Assembly: GCA_045595825.1 (NCBI GenBank)
Contig: JAZOBD010000047.1
Location: forward strand, 1,772 to 65,771
Source of the DNA: Acutalibacteraceae bacterium
GTDB lineage: Bacteria > Bacillota > Clostridia > Oscillospirales > Acutalibacteraceae
Direction of reading: 5' to 3'
DNA length: 64,000 nucleotides
In this document: positions 8,806 to 18,058 of the stretch, in pieces
Position numbering within the stretch: position 1 is the stretch's first letter
Layout: each line of letters starts with the position of its first letter
Translations under genes and position numbers: made by a program
Notes under the pieces: model-generated
Seen by the model: the letters and a program-made list of their open reading frames with translations, nothing else
What the model was told of the DNA's origin: nothing
Databases searched by the model: none

Positions 8806-11127
8806 TTATTGCTGACTGTAAGCCTCGTCTTTGAGAACCGTTCTCATAATTTTGCCGCTGATTGTCTTGGGCAGTTTTTTGCGGAACTCAATAATTCTGG
8901 GATATTTGTAAGGTGCGGTGTTTTCTTTGACATATTTCTGAATGTCTTTTTTGAGCTCGTCGGTCGGCTCTGTGCCTTCTGTGAGCACGATAACGGCTTT
9001 TACAACCTGACCTCTGATTTCGTCGGGGGCGGGGATAACGGCACATTCAAGTACATAAGGCAGTTCCATAATAACGTTTTCAATCTCAAACGGGCCAATG
9101 CGGTAGCCTGATGATTTGATAAGGTCATCGACTCTGCCGACATACCAGAAGAATCCGTCCTCGTCACGCCATGCGGTGTCGCCGGTGTGATAAATGTCGT
9201 CGTGCCATACCTCGTCGGTGCGTACACGGTCGTTGTAATAGCTCTTGAAAAGACCGTTGGGTGTGTGATACTTTGTGCCGATAACAATTTCACCGACCTC
9301 GCCGATACGGGCAGGTGTACCGTCAGCGGTGAGAATGTCAACATCAAACAGGGGGCTGGGCTTGCCCATTGAGCCGGGTTTGATGGGTGTGCCGACAAAG
9401 TTGCCGATGACAAGTGTTGTTTCGGTCTGACCGAAGCCTTCCATAAGTCTGAGACCCGTTGCCTTGAGGAATTGCTGGAAAACCTCGGGGTTGAGTGCTT
9501 CACCCGCTACGCAGGCATATTTGATTGAACGCAGGTCATATTTTGAAAGGTCTTCTTTAATGAAGAATCTGAACATTGTGGGGGGCGCACAGAATGTTGT
9601 GATGTTGTACTTTGCAAACATCGGCAGAATTTCATGTGCATCAAAACGGTCAAAGTCATAGGTGAATACGGGAGCTTCGCAAAGCCACTGACCGTAAAGC
9701 TTGCCCCAGAGGGCTTTACCCCAACCTGTGTCGGAAATTGTGAAATGCAATCCGTTGGGGTCAACGTTGTGCCAGTATTTTGCGGTGATGAAATGACCGA
9801 GTGCATATTTGAAATTGTGAGCGGCGATTTTGGGATATCCGGTTGTGCCCGATGTGAAGAACATGAGCATTGTGTCACTGCCGCAGGGACATTCGTCTCC
9901 TTCGGGGCGGGGGAATTCGTCGCCGTGTTTATCAAACTCTGCATCAAAATCGTGCCAGCCGTCACGTTTGCCGCCGACAAGAATAAGGTTGTTGATGCTG
10001 TCGGTTTCTTTTGCTGCTGCTTCAACGTGTGTTGCAACGTCACCGTCGGCGGTGCAGACGATTGCGCTGACGCCTGCTGCCTTGAAGCGGTAGTCAAAGT
10101 CGTGCTTTACAAGCTGATTTGTTGCGGGGATTACAACCGCGCCGATTTTGTGAAGCGCAAGAATTGAGAACCAGAACTGATAATGACGTTTCAGAACAAG
10201 CATAACGCGGTCGCCGCGCTTGATGCCGAGTGAGCGGAAATAGTTTGCCGTCATTGAGGAATAGCGGCTCATATCGCCGAATGTGAAACGTCTTTCCGTT
10301 TTATCGTTTGCAATGTGCAGCATTGCAAGTTTGTCGGGACACTTGCGTGCAAGCTCGTCAACAACGTCGTAAGCAAAGTTGAAGGTTTCGTCGTTGTTGA
10401 ATTCAATGTCGCAAAGAACGCCGTTTTCATCTGTCTTTGTGTGGATGAAATGCTCGTAAACGGGGTCAACAAGGTTTGCGAGGTCTGTGTTTGTGGTTGA
10501 TGCAGTTTCAAGACGCTCTTTGTAATCGTTAAGAGACGTTCCGTCGGGGCTGATGACAATTGCATAAAATTCGCAGTCTTCACCGCCGACGGCGATTTCG
10601 GTGTGAGGAGTTGACGAATCAAAATAGATGCAGTCACCCTCGTTGAGTATTTCGGTTGCGTCACCGATAATCATTTTCATTGTGCCGCGGATTATAATGT
10701 TGATTTCCTGACCCTCGTGCGTTACCATCTTGTAAGGGGGATTAAGACCCTCAACGGTGTAAGGAATGACAACCCTGAAGGGCTCGGCAATCTTGTTTTT
10801 AAAATAAGGTGCAAGACGGTTGTACTCAAAGCCGTGACGGCGCACGATGGGGTTGCTTTCGCCCTTGCGTGTGATTGAGTATTCGGTAAGGCTGGGGGTA
10901 AGACCCTCCATGATTTCGGTCATTTCAACGCCGCAGACGTTGGCGATTTTGTAGATAAAAGTAAAGCTGAAATCGGTTTTACCTGCCTCAAAATTTACAT
11001 ATTCTTCGGTGGATATACCGATTCTTGTCGCCATTTCTTCAGCCGTCAGACCCATGTCTTCACGGATTGCGGTAATTCGGCCGGCTACCTCCTTGATTTT
11101 TGTTTCAATCATGAACTGGTTTTCCAT
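8806..11127 (-). CDS. Fusion of XRE-HTH/cupin regulator domain with a medium-chain acyl-CoA synthetase (AMP-binding)
   Basis: N-terminal HTH plus cupin (HEGQE, YFDSSTPH); FTSGTTGYPK, SDTGWGKALWGKLYGQW, GFGQTET, IKSSGYRIGPFEIE and PKTISGKIMR; start ATG 11127 after aaggagg. Confidence 0.88.
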   Translation of the reverse strand: MENQFMIETKIKEVAGRITAIREDMGLTAEEMATRIGISTEEYVNFEAGKTDFSFTFIYKIANVCGVEMTEIMEGLTPSLTEYSITRKGESNPIVRRHGFEYNRLAPYFKNKIAEPFRVVIPYTVEGLNPPYKMVTHEGQEINIIIRGTMKMIIGDATEILNEGDCIYFDSSTPHTEIAVGGEDCEFYAIVISPDGTSLNDYKERLETASTTNTDLANLVDPVYEHFIHTKTDENGVLCDIEFNNDETFNFAYDVVDELARKCPDKLAMLHIANDKTERRFTFGDMSRYSSMTANYFRSLGIKRGDRVMLVLKRHYQFWFSILALHKIGAVVIPATNQLVKHDFDYRFKAAGVSAIVCTADGDVATHVEAAAKETDSINNLILVGGKRDGWHDFDAEFDKHGDEFPRPEGDECPCGSDTMLMFFTSGTTGYPKIAAHNFKYALGHFITAKYWHNVDPNGLHFTISDTGWGKALWGKLYGQWLCEAPVFTYDFDRFDAHEILPMFAKYNITTFCAPPTMFRFFIKEDLSKYDLRSIKYACVAGEALNPEVFQQFLKATGLRLMEGFGQTETTLVIGNFVGTPIKPGSMGKPSPLFDVDILTADGTPARIGEVGEIVIGTKYHTPNGLFKSYYNDRVRTDEVWHDDIYHTGDTAWRDEDGFFWYVGRVDDLIKSSGYRIGPFEIENVIMELPYVLECAVIPAPDEIRGQVVKAVIVLTEGTEPTDELKKDIQKYVKENTAPYKYPRIIEFRKKLPKTISGKIMRTVLKDEAYSQQ

Positions 11128-11162
11128 TAAAATCGGTTCCTCCTTCTTTAAAAATTTGTAAA

Positions 11163-11425
11163 AAAATAACCGTCCCAAAGCTTTTGACTTTGAGACGGGT
11201 TAAATCAAAAATACCCGCGGTACCACTCAAATTGCATCAATGATGCCACTCACAGGCTCAAACAAGCCCACAACCTTAACGCGGTCAGACGGGGGTAACT
11301 AATTGTAAGATACTTTCATAACCCCGGCTCGGAAGTGATAGCTGATGGAACGCTTCATTACCGACTTTCAGCAAAATGTCGGCTCTCTGTGAAATCGGCA
11401 GCTCCGGCTTTCTTCGTCACAGCCT
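11163..11425 (-). promoter_or_regulatory. T-box riboswitch leader, specifier ATC (Ile)
   Basis: Minus strand: AGAGAG and GCTGAAA stem I boxes, specifier cagct-ATC-a-cttc (11339-11337), T-box aatttgagTGGTACCgcgg (11233-11214), terminator ccgtctcaaag/ctttgggacgg plus T tract. Confidence 0.85.
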
Positions 11426-11445
11426 TTGCTTTTGTTCAATTGTAT

Positions 11446-11474
11446 AGGATAAACTATTTTTTTTGCTTTGTCAA
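11446..11474 (-). promoter_or_regulatory. SigA-type promoter of the T-box leader
   Basis: TTGACA-17 nt-TATCCT on the minus strand just upstream of stem I. Confidence 0.65.
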
Positions 11475-11610
11475 CACAAATTTTAATTTTTTTTGCGGCA
11501 AACATCTTGTGGTAATAAATGTTTAACAATCAGGTAACATTTTGTTGTTTACATTAAGCGGAAGAATGTTATAAAATTATTAAACCGAATCTTTTATGAA
11601 AGGAAAGAAA

Positions 11611-13161
11611 ATGAAAATGAAAAAATCCCGCAAAATCCTCGCTCTCCTGCTTTCGCTGATTATGCTTGTCGGTGCGATAAGCGTGTCTGCAAGTGCGGCG
11701 GAAGAAACTCCTCCCGCCAATGTTTTTACCGAAACGGAGCCAAACAACACTCCCGAAGCAGCTGACGAAATAGAACTGCTTACCGAAGTGTCAGGCAATC
11801 TGAATGCCGGTAATGCTGATTGGATTGACGTTGACTGGTATAAAGTCAGCGTTGAGCAGTCCGGCGTTTTGTCGGTTGAGTTTACTCACCCCGTTTTTGA
11901 ATCGCTGCTCAGTTATTATACCGTTGATGTTATCGGTGTTGACGGCGGAAATGAATTTCTGCTTTCAAGTACAATATCTCTTGGGACGGACGGAAAAATC
12001 ACTACCGTCGGCAGTCTTGTTGCTTCGGGTACATATTATGTACGTGTGACGGGCGGAGATGTTGTCAGCGAAGACGGTTATACGCTGACGGTTACGCTCG
12101 GTCAGTCACGTGACGGTGAAACCGAGCCCAACAATACTTTTGCAGAGGCTGATATAATAAGTACGGATTCAGGTGCGGCTTACTTCGGTTCAATCGGCGC
12201 CGCAGACGATATTGATTTGTACGCTTTCAATCTTGCCGCAAAGGGTTATGTTGATATTTCGGTTTCGGACGATTCCGCTGCTGCGGGCAACGCCGAATAT
12301 ACAGTAAGCGTTATGAAATTCGGTTCAGGTGAAGCTGTTGCGCCCGAGACGGTTGCCGTTTTTGTCACCGATTCAGCCAAACCGGGAACAACCTTCCCCA
12401 GGCTCGGTCTTGAAGCAGGCACTTATTTTGTGAAAGTTGAAATCAGCGGCAATTTTGTTGGAAACTCTGCTTACGCTTTAAGCGTGAAAGCTTCTGCTTA
12501 TGCTTTTTATGAAACAGAAGTGAATGACAACTGGCAAACAGCTGACGTTTTCGATGCAACCGTAAACACGGGTGACTCGTACACAGGCACTTTCACAAAT
12601 AATATTTATGCAAATCTGAGCGGCAAAAACGATGCTGACTGGTTTGCCGTTTCACACAATTCTTCGGGAGTAAGCTCCGTTGATGTCATTGTCAGGGTTG
12701 ATGCAGGTGCAAATGCAGACAACTGGAAAGTAGAGCTATATAATTCGGGGCTGCTTTCTCAGCCTGCGGATACTTACGACATTTCGTCTTATGCCGTACC
12801 TTTTGAGAAAAACGTCAAAGGCGGCAGTGCCTTATTCAACACAGACACGGATATAGTGTGCAAGGTTGATACTGCTTCTTATTCGGGCGACAAGCTTGTT
12901 GTCAGGGTTTACTGTGACGGAGAAGAGGTTGATACATCAATGTATACGGTAATCTGTGTTGTCAGTGTCGATAACACCCCTGAAAAGAGCTGGTTTGAAA
13001 ACCTTCGAGATTATTTCAAGGGACTTTCTCAGATTGAATGGCCGTTCCTTTCCGAGCTTATCGGCAAAGTTTTCGAAGATTTCACCTTTGATACGGTGCT
13101 CGGTCTTATCGGTAATGTCGGTTCACAACTTATTAAGTTCCTTTTTAATTTCCTCGGCTGA
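11611..13161 (+). CDS. Secreted protein with three PPC-like (ETEPNN) beta-sandwich repeats and an amphipathic C-terminal tail
   Basis: Signal peptide ending ASA-A; repeats FTETEPNNT, GETEPNNT, YETEVNDN each followed by D.D.(Y/F); no catalytic motif seen. Confidence 0.7.
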   Translation: MKMKKSRKILALLLSLIMLVGAISVSASAAEETPPANVFTETEPNNTPEAADEIELLTEVSGNLNAGNADWIDVDWYKVSVEQSGVLSVEFTHPVFESLLSYYTVDVIGVDGGNEFLLSSTISLGTDGKITTVGSLVASGTYYVRVTGGDVVSEDGYTLTVTLGQSRDGETEPNNTFAEADIISTDSGAAYFGSIGAADDIDLYAFNLAAKGYVDISVSDDSAAAGNAEYTVSVMKFGSGEAVAPETVAVFVTDSAKPGTTFPRLGLEAGTYFVKVEISGNFVGNSAYALSVKASAYAFYETEVNDNWQTADVFDATVNTGDSYTGTFTNNIYANLSGKNDADWFAVSHNSSGVSSVDVIVRVDAGANADNWKVELYNSGLLSQPADTYDISSYAVPFEKNVKGGSALFNTDTDIVCKVDTASYSGDKLVVRVYCDGEEVDTSMYTVICVVSVDNTPEKSWFENLRDYFKGLSQIEWPFLSELIGKVFEDFTFDTVLGLIGNVGSQLIKFLFNFLG

Positions 13162-13173
13162 TAATTAATCAGT

Positions 13174-13213
13174 GCCGCAAGACCTTGTTTTGCTCGGTTT
13201 TGCGGCTTTTTTT
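13174..13213 (+). terminator. Intrinsic terminator
   Basis: gccgcaagacc...ggttttgcggc followed by T7. Confidence 0.7.
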
Positions 13214-13301
13214 GCCGTAATAAGCCTTGACTTGAAAACATAATAATGATAATATGTAATTTATAATAAAATCTAAAAAATTCAAGGAGAAGAAAGATTT
13301 T

Positions 13302-14486
13302 ATGAGTATTGAATTTTGTTCAAATTGCAGTGCCTTGCTTGATGAAAACAACCCCGTTTGTCCCAAGTGCGGCACAAAAAACGTTCTTAAAGATTCAAAG
13401 ACGGCAACATCGGCCGACGTGCTGAATAACTCACCTTTTAATTTTGTTGCAAATGCGGCAAAAGCAGACACTGCCGCAGCGCCTGCTGCCCCTGCAACTC
13501 CCGTTGCTCCTGCGGCGCCTGCCAAGCCTGCGGCACCCGTTGCCCCTTCTCAGCCGAGTGCTTCCGTAGCGCCCGCCAAGCCTGCAAGTGCATCGTCTTC
13601 CGCTTTCTTTGCTTTTTCCGCGCCTGCAAGAAAGCAGGAGCCTGCGCAGAATAGCGGTGCTTCTGTCCCTGCACCCGTAAAACCGCAGACACAGGCACAG
13701 CCAGTCAGGCAACCTGCTCCTGCTGCGTCGGTTAAACCGGTTGCGCCCGTCAATGCTGCTCAGCCGAGTGCCCCTGTTGCACCCGTTAAGCCTGCCGCAC
13801 CCGCGGTGCAGCCTGCCGAAACATCTGCACCCAAGGCAGAAGTAAAGACCGAAAAGCCTGCAAAGGTTAAAAAGCCGAAAAAGGAAAAAATCAAGAAAGA
13901 AAAGACGGAGAAATCCTTTGATATAGGTGCATTTTTCAAAAAGAATATCAAACTCATAGCGATTGTCGGCGGCGTCGCCGTTGCGGTTGCTGTTGCCGTG
14001 ATGATTATTATGAGCGTCGTAAGCAACGCAGGTTATAAGGGTGTCATTAATGACCATTTTTCCGCTTATGCCGATTGCGACGGCAAAAAGATGGTTGATT
14101 CAATGGCGGATTTCTACGTTGAAGACCGCCTTGCTCAGAATAACTGGAGTGAAAAGGACTATGCCGATTACTATGAAAACGGCACACTTAAAGATGTTCA
14201 GCTCCGTGTTGCCGATGTGTTTGGCGGAAAAGCAAAAATAAAATATGAAATCATTGAGGAGAAAGAGGTAACCGAGTACAGGTTCGATAATCTCAATGAG
14301 GATTTCATTGCTTTGTATGACCTTGGTAAAAACGATCTTGATGAAGCCGTCACCGTAACCGTCAAGATAACCGTCGAGGGCGAACTTCGCACCGTTGAGC
14401 GCCGCTACGATATCACTCTTGTCAATGTCAACGGCGATTGGGGTGTCTGGCAGAGCGACTTGAATCAGCTTGCATGGATTGCCTGA
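13302..14486 (+). CDS. Zinc-ribbon, Pro/Ala-rich single-pass membrane protein
   Basis: CSNC...CPKC ribbon, long PAAP-rich linker, Lys-rich patch, one TM helix, extracellular alpha/beta domain. Confidence 0.75.
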   Translation: MSIEFCSNCSALLDENNPVCPKCGTKNVLKDSKTATSADVLNNSPFNFVANAAKADTAAAPAAPATPVAPAAPAKPAAPVAPSQPSASVAPAKPASASSSAFFAFSAPARKQEPAQNSGASVPAPVKPQTQAQPVRQPAPAASVKPVAPVNAAQPSAPVAPVKPAAPAVQPAETSAPKAEVKTEKPAKVKKPKKEKIKKEKTEKSFDIGAFFKKNIKLIAIVGGVAVAVAVAVMIIMSVVSNAGYKGVINDHFSAYADCDGKKMVDSMADFYVEDRLAQNNWSEKDYADYYENGTLKDVQLRVADVFGGKAKIKYEIIEEKEVTEYRFDNLNEDFIALYDLGKNDLDEAVTVTVKITVEGELRTVERRYDITLVNVNGDWGVWQSDLNQLAWIA

Positions 14487-14533
14487 TTATACAGATTACT
14501 TGCGTTGACCACAAATAATTTTGAAGGTTGTTG

Positions 14534-16087
14534 ATGATAATGTTCAAGAAAATTATTGCGTTTTTGCTTGCTGTTTGTCTTGTCTTTTCGGCACTTTTCT
14601 GTGCAGGTGCGGTTGAACCTGAGCAAGAGAAATTTTTCCGCGTAATGGTGCCTGGTGTCAACACGCGTGACATTTTGTATATGCCCGGCACCGATGATGC
14701 TGTCGGTGTTTTTCCGCCCTCCACAGATGCAATCCTGTCTGTTGTCGAGGGTGCTCTTCCCGTACTCGGCAAGTTCGCTTGTACGAGAGATTGGGATGCT
14801 TTTGCCGTTGAAGTTTCGGGGCTTGTAATGCAGTTGTTTGACAAGTTTGCCTGCGATGAAAACGGCAATTCAAAAGAAAATGTCGGCATTGACTGGGAAT
14901 ATCCCGAAGAGGAAATAATACTTGAATCTGACAACGCAACCTTCTACTATGACTGGCGTCTTGACCCTCTTTACGTTGCAGAGCAACTGAGCGATTACAT
15001 TGATTACATTCTTGAAGTCAGGGGAGAAGAGAAAGTTGTTGTTGAGTGCCACAGTATGGGCGGCGTCATAACGCTTTCGTACTTTGCCAATGAGGGCGAA
15101 AAAGCCTATGACAAGGTACATTCCGTTCTGTTTGATTCCACTGCAATTTTCGGCACATCCGTTGCAGGCGAACCGATGAACGGAAAAATCGCCGTTAACG
15201 GAACATCCCTTGCAAATTTTCTTTATGATTCCGTTCTCGGTATGGATGCCGAGGCGCTTCTTCACAGCATTTTTGATGTGATTAACGAGGCAGGCATTTT
15301 TGACGGAGTCGGTGTTGTCGCAAACAATATAGTCGATAAAATTATTGCAACCGTTTATGAAGAATGTGCGATTGATATTTTTGCATCCGTTCCCGGCATC
15401 TGGGCGCTTACTCCCGCTGAAAATTTTGAGGCTGCCAAAAAGCTTTGCTTTGAAGGGGAAAGGGGAGAGAAATACGCAGGTCTTATTGAAAAAATCGACA
15501 ATTACGACCTGAAAGTCCGCCGTCAGGCAGTGACTCTTCTTAAAGAAATTGACAGCCGTATGAATATCGGTGTTTTCTCACGCTACAATTATCAGATTAC
15601 TCCGGTTATCGAAACCTGGAACGTGCAGAGCGACATGGTTATCGACACAAAGTTTACCTCCTTCGGCGCAACCTGTGCACCGCTCGGAGAAACTCTCGGT
15701 GAGGGCTACGCACAGAAAAACACGGACTGCGGTCATAACCATCTGTCAATTGACGGCGTGATTGACGCTTCCACCTGTCTTTTCCCTGAATATACCTGGT
15801 TTATCAAAGATATTCAGCATTCGTTCGGTATGCGTGAAATGGAAGAATTGCGTGACCTGATTTTTAATTCGGAAAAGCAGGTAACCGTTCACGATTATGA
15901 AGAATTTCCGCAGTTTATGAGCTATGATCCCGCCGAAGAAACCTTCTCACCGCTCGGTGTACCTCAGGTTGAAACCAAAAGTCCGTTCATGGCGTGGATT
16001 TCAGGCACAAAAGCATCGGTTTTTGTGAATGTTTATTATCAGTTCTTTAAGCTTATCGCCGATTCCGTTGTTTCGGTGTTTAAGTGA
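14534..16087 (+). CDS. Secreted alpha/beta hydrolase (LCAT/lipase-like)
   Basis: Signal peptide; MVPG oxyanion region, YYDWRL and nucleophile elbow CHSMGG. Confidence 0.7.
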   Translation: MIMFKKIIAFLLAVCLVFSALFCAGAVEPEQEKFFRVMVPGVNTRDILYMPGTDDAVGVFPPSTDAILSVVEGALPVLGKFACTRDWDAFAVEVSGLVMQLFDKFACDENGNSKENVGIDWEYPEEEIILESDNATFYYDWRLDPLYVAEQLSDYIDYILEVRGEEKVVVECHSMGGVITLSYFANEGEKAYDKVHSVLFDSTAIFGTSVAGEPMNGKIAVNGTSLANFLYDSVLGMDAEALLHSIFDVINEAGIFDGVGVVANNIVDKIIATVYEECAIDIFASVPGIWALTPAENFEAAKKLCFEGERGEKYAGLIEKIDNYDLKVRRQAVTLLKEIDSRMNIGVFSRYNYQITPVIETWNVQSDMVIDTKFTSFGATCAPLGETLGEGYAQKNTDCGHNHLSIDGVIDASTCLFPEYTWFIKDIQHSFGMREMEELRDLIFNSEKQVTVHDYEEFPQFMSYDPAEETFSPLGVPQVETKSPFMAWISGTKASVFVNVYYQFFKLIADSVVSVFK

Positions 16088-16116
16088 TTTTATTAGTTTG
16101 AAATGAAGGTTTAACA

Positions 16117-16650
16117 ATGAGCAATATCTGGCACGACATCAGCCCGCGCAGAATTTCCTGCGACGATTTCATCGCCGTTATCGAAATCTCAAAGGGCAGC
16201 AAAAGAAAGTATGAACTTGACAAGGAAACGGGCATGCTTATACTTGACCGTATCCTTTACACTTCCACGCATTATCCTGCAAATTACGGGTTTATTCCGC
16301 GCACCTACGGCGATGACGAAGACCCGCTTGACGTTGTTGTCATTTGCAGTGAAGAGCTTGCGCCTCTTACCCTTGTGCGTTGCTATCCCATCGGCGCAAT
16401 CACAATGAAAGACGGAGGCAAGTTTGACGAAAAAATCATCTGTATTCCGTTCAATGACCCCAACTACAATACCTACGGTGATATTACTGACCTTCCTGCC
16501 CATCTGTTTGATGAAATGAAGCACTTTTTCTCTGTCTACAAAACTCTTGAAGGCAAGGAAACAGTGGTTGATGAGGTGCGCGACCGTCAGGAGGCAACCC
16601 GCATCATTGCACAGGGTATTGACAACTATATTCAGAAATTTTGCCGATAA
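16117..16650 (+). CDS. ppa: Family I inorganic pyrophosphatase
   Basis: YPANYGFIPRTYGDDEDPLDV and DEKI signatures. Confidence 0.93.
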   Translation: MSNIWHDISPRRISCDDFIAVIEISKGSKRKYELDKETGMLILDRILYTSTHYPANYGFIPRTYGDDEDPLDVVVICSEELAPLTLVRCYPIGAITMKDGGKFDEKIICIPFNDPNYNTYGDITDLPAHLFDEMKHFFSVYKTLEGKETVVDEVRDRQEATRIIAQGIDNYIQKFCR

Positions 16651-16654
16651 CGAA

Positions 16655-16685
16655 ACAAAAAGCAGACGCTCAGTCTGCTTTTTGT
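16655..16685 (+). terminator. Intrinsic terminator after ppa
   Basis: acaaaaagcagac-gctca-gtctgctttttgt. Confidence 0.85.
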
Positions 16686-16831
16686 CGTTTGTTGTAGAAT
16701 ATTACCAAAAGTTACCCCGTAATGCAGTTACATTTTTAAACAGCGGCAAGCTCTTGTTTGCTTGACTTGTTAAATAATTATATGATATACTATATGCAGT
16801 ATTTTTATTGCTGCTTAAGGAGGTATGTCTT

Positions 16832-17326
16832 GTGAAAAAAATCGGAATTGTAATGGGCAGCGACAGCGATTTGCCTGTCGTTGAAAAAGCATTCAATACG
16901 CTTGACGAATTCGGTGTACCTTACGAGGTGCATGTTTTCTCTGCGCACAGAACACCTGAGCAGGCAAGGGAATTTTCTGCAACTGCGCGCGCAAACGGAT
17001 TCGGCGCAATTATTGCCGCCGCCGGCAAAGCTGCACACCTTGCAGGTGCCATTGCCGCAAACACCACTCTGCCTGTTATCGGCATCCCTGTAAAATCATC
17101 AACACTTGACGGCATTGATGCGCTTTTGTCAACCGTTCAGATGCCTGCGGGTATTCCCGTTGCCACGGTTGCTATTGACGGCGCTGTCAATGCCGCTTTG
17201 CTTTGTATACAGATTCTTGCCGTTGAGGACAGCGACCTTGCACAAAAGCTTGACGCATCCCGTGCGGCAGCCGCACAGAAAGTTCTTGTAAAAAACGCTG
17301 AAATTTCAGCAAGATTCAATAAATAA
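16832..17326 (+). CDS. purE: N5-CAIR mutase / AIR carboxylase catalytic subunit
   Basis: [23 protein letters not shown] and STVQMP; GTG start after aaggagg. Confidence 0.95.
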   Translation: MKKIGIVMGSDSDLPVVEKAFNTLDEFGVPYEVHVFSAHRTPEQAREFSATARANGFGAIIAAAGKAAHLAGAIAANTTLPVIGIPVKSSTLDGIDALLSTVQMPAGIPVATVAIDGAVNAALLCIQILAVEDSDLAQKLDASRAAAAQKVLVKNAEISARFNK

Positions 17327-17342
17327 TCGGGAGGAACAAAAA

Positions 17343-18026
17343 ATGAACAAGCTCGTTTACAAAGGAAAAACAAAGGATGTCTTCGCACTCGAAAACGGCA
17401 ACTATCTTCTTAAATTCAAAGATGACGTTACAGGTGCAAACGGTGTTTTTGACCCCGGCGCAAATACAGTCGGTCTGAGCATTGATGGCGTAGGTAACCT
17501 CAATCTCAGAATGTCAATCTATTTCTTTGAAAAGCTCAAGGAAGCAGGCATCAAAACACATTACGTAAGTGCAAACCTTGATGACACAACAATGGAAGTT
17601 CTTCCTGCAAAGGTATTCGGTAAGGGTCTTGAGGTTATTTGCAGACATAAGGCTGTCGGCAGCTTCATCCGTCGCTACGGCGATTATATCGAAGAAGGCG
17701 CTGACCTTCCCGCTTACGTTGAAATGACTTTCAAAGATGACGACAGAGGCGATCCCCTCGTAACAAAAGAAGGACTTATCGCTCTTAATGTTATGACTGA
17801 CGAGCAGTATGAATCTGTCAAGGCTATGACCCAGGAAATCACACAGATCGTTGCTGACGAGCTTCTTAAAAAGGGTCTTGTCCTTTATGACATCAAGTTT
17901 GAATTCGGTTACAGCGGCGACGAAGTTATTCTCATTGACGAAATCGCTTCCGGCAACATGAGAGCTTACAAAGACGGCAAGTATATCGAGCCTCTTGAGC
18001 TTTCCGAAATTTTCTTCGCTGAATAA
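17343..18026 (+). CDS. purC: SAICAR synthetase
   Basis: [22 protein letters not shown] and DIKFEFG...DEI. Confidence 0.9.
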   Translation: MNKLVYKGKTKDVFALENGNYLLKFKDDVTGANGVFDPGANTVGLSIDGVGNLNLRMSIYFFEKLKEAGIKTHYVSANLDDTTMEVLPAKVFGKGLEVICRHKAVGSFIRRYGDYIEEGADLPAYVEMTFKDDDRGDPLVTKEGLIALNVMTDEQYESVKAMTQEITQIVADELLKKGLVLYDIKFEFGYSGDEVILIDEIASGNMRAYKDGKYIEPLELSEIFFAE

Positions 18027-18058
18027 TCATAAACCTGAATCAATCCGGAGGCATGTAT

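Noticed and set aside
8262-10664. Many 60-200 aa alternate-frame ORFs over the ferritin-like and acyl-CoA synthetase genes
   Set aside because: They lie wholly within motif-supported genes and lack RBS or family motifs.
13470-13830. Short cctgc/gcacccg repeats that might be a DNA repeat array or CRISPR
   Set aside because: They are degenerate codon repeats for PAAP with no constant repeat-spacer period; no cas genes are in the window.
13169-14057. Ala/Gly-rich and Arg/Cys-rich minus-strand ORFs
   Set aside because: Antisense shadows of the Pro/Ala low-complexity region of 13302-14486.
16117-16650. Family I PPase in a Firmicute as an unusual feature
   Set aside because: Family I enzymes are common in Clostridia; not novel.
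16700-16831. Purine or ZTP riboswitch, or PurBox, upstream of purE
   Set aside because: The leader after the probable promoter is only about 40 nt, and I found no aptamer consensus or CCGAAC PurBox.
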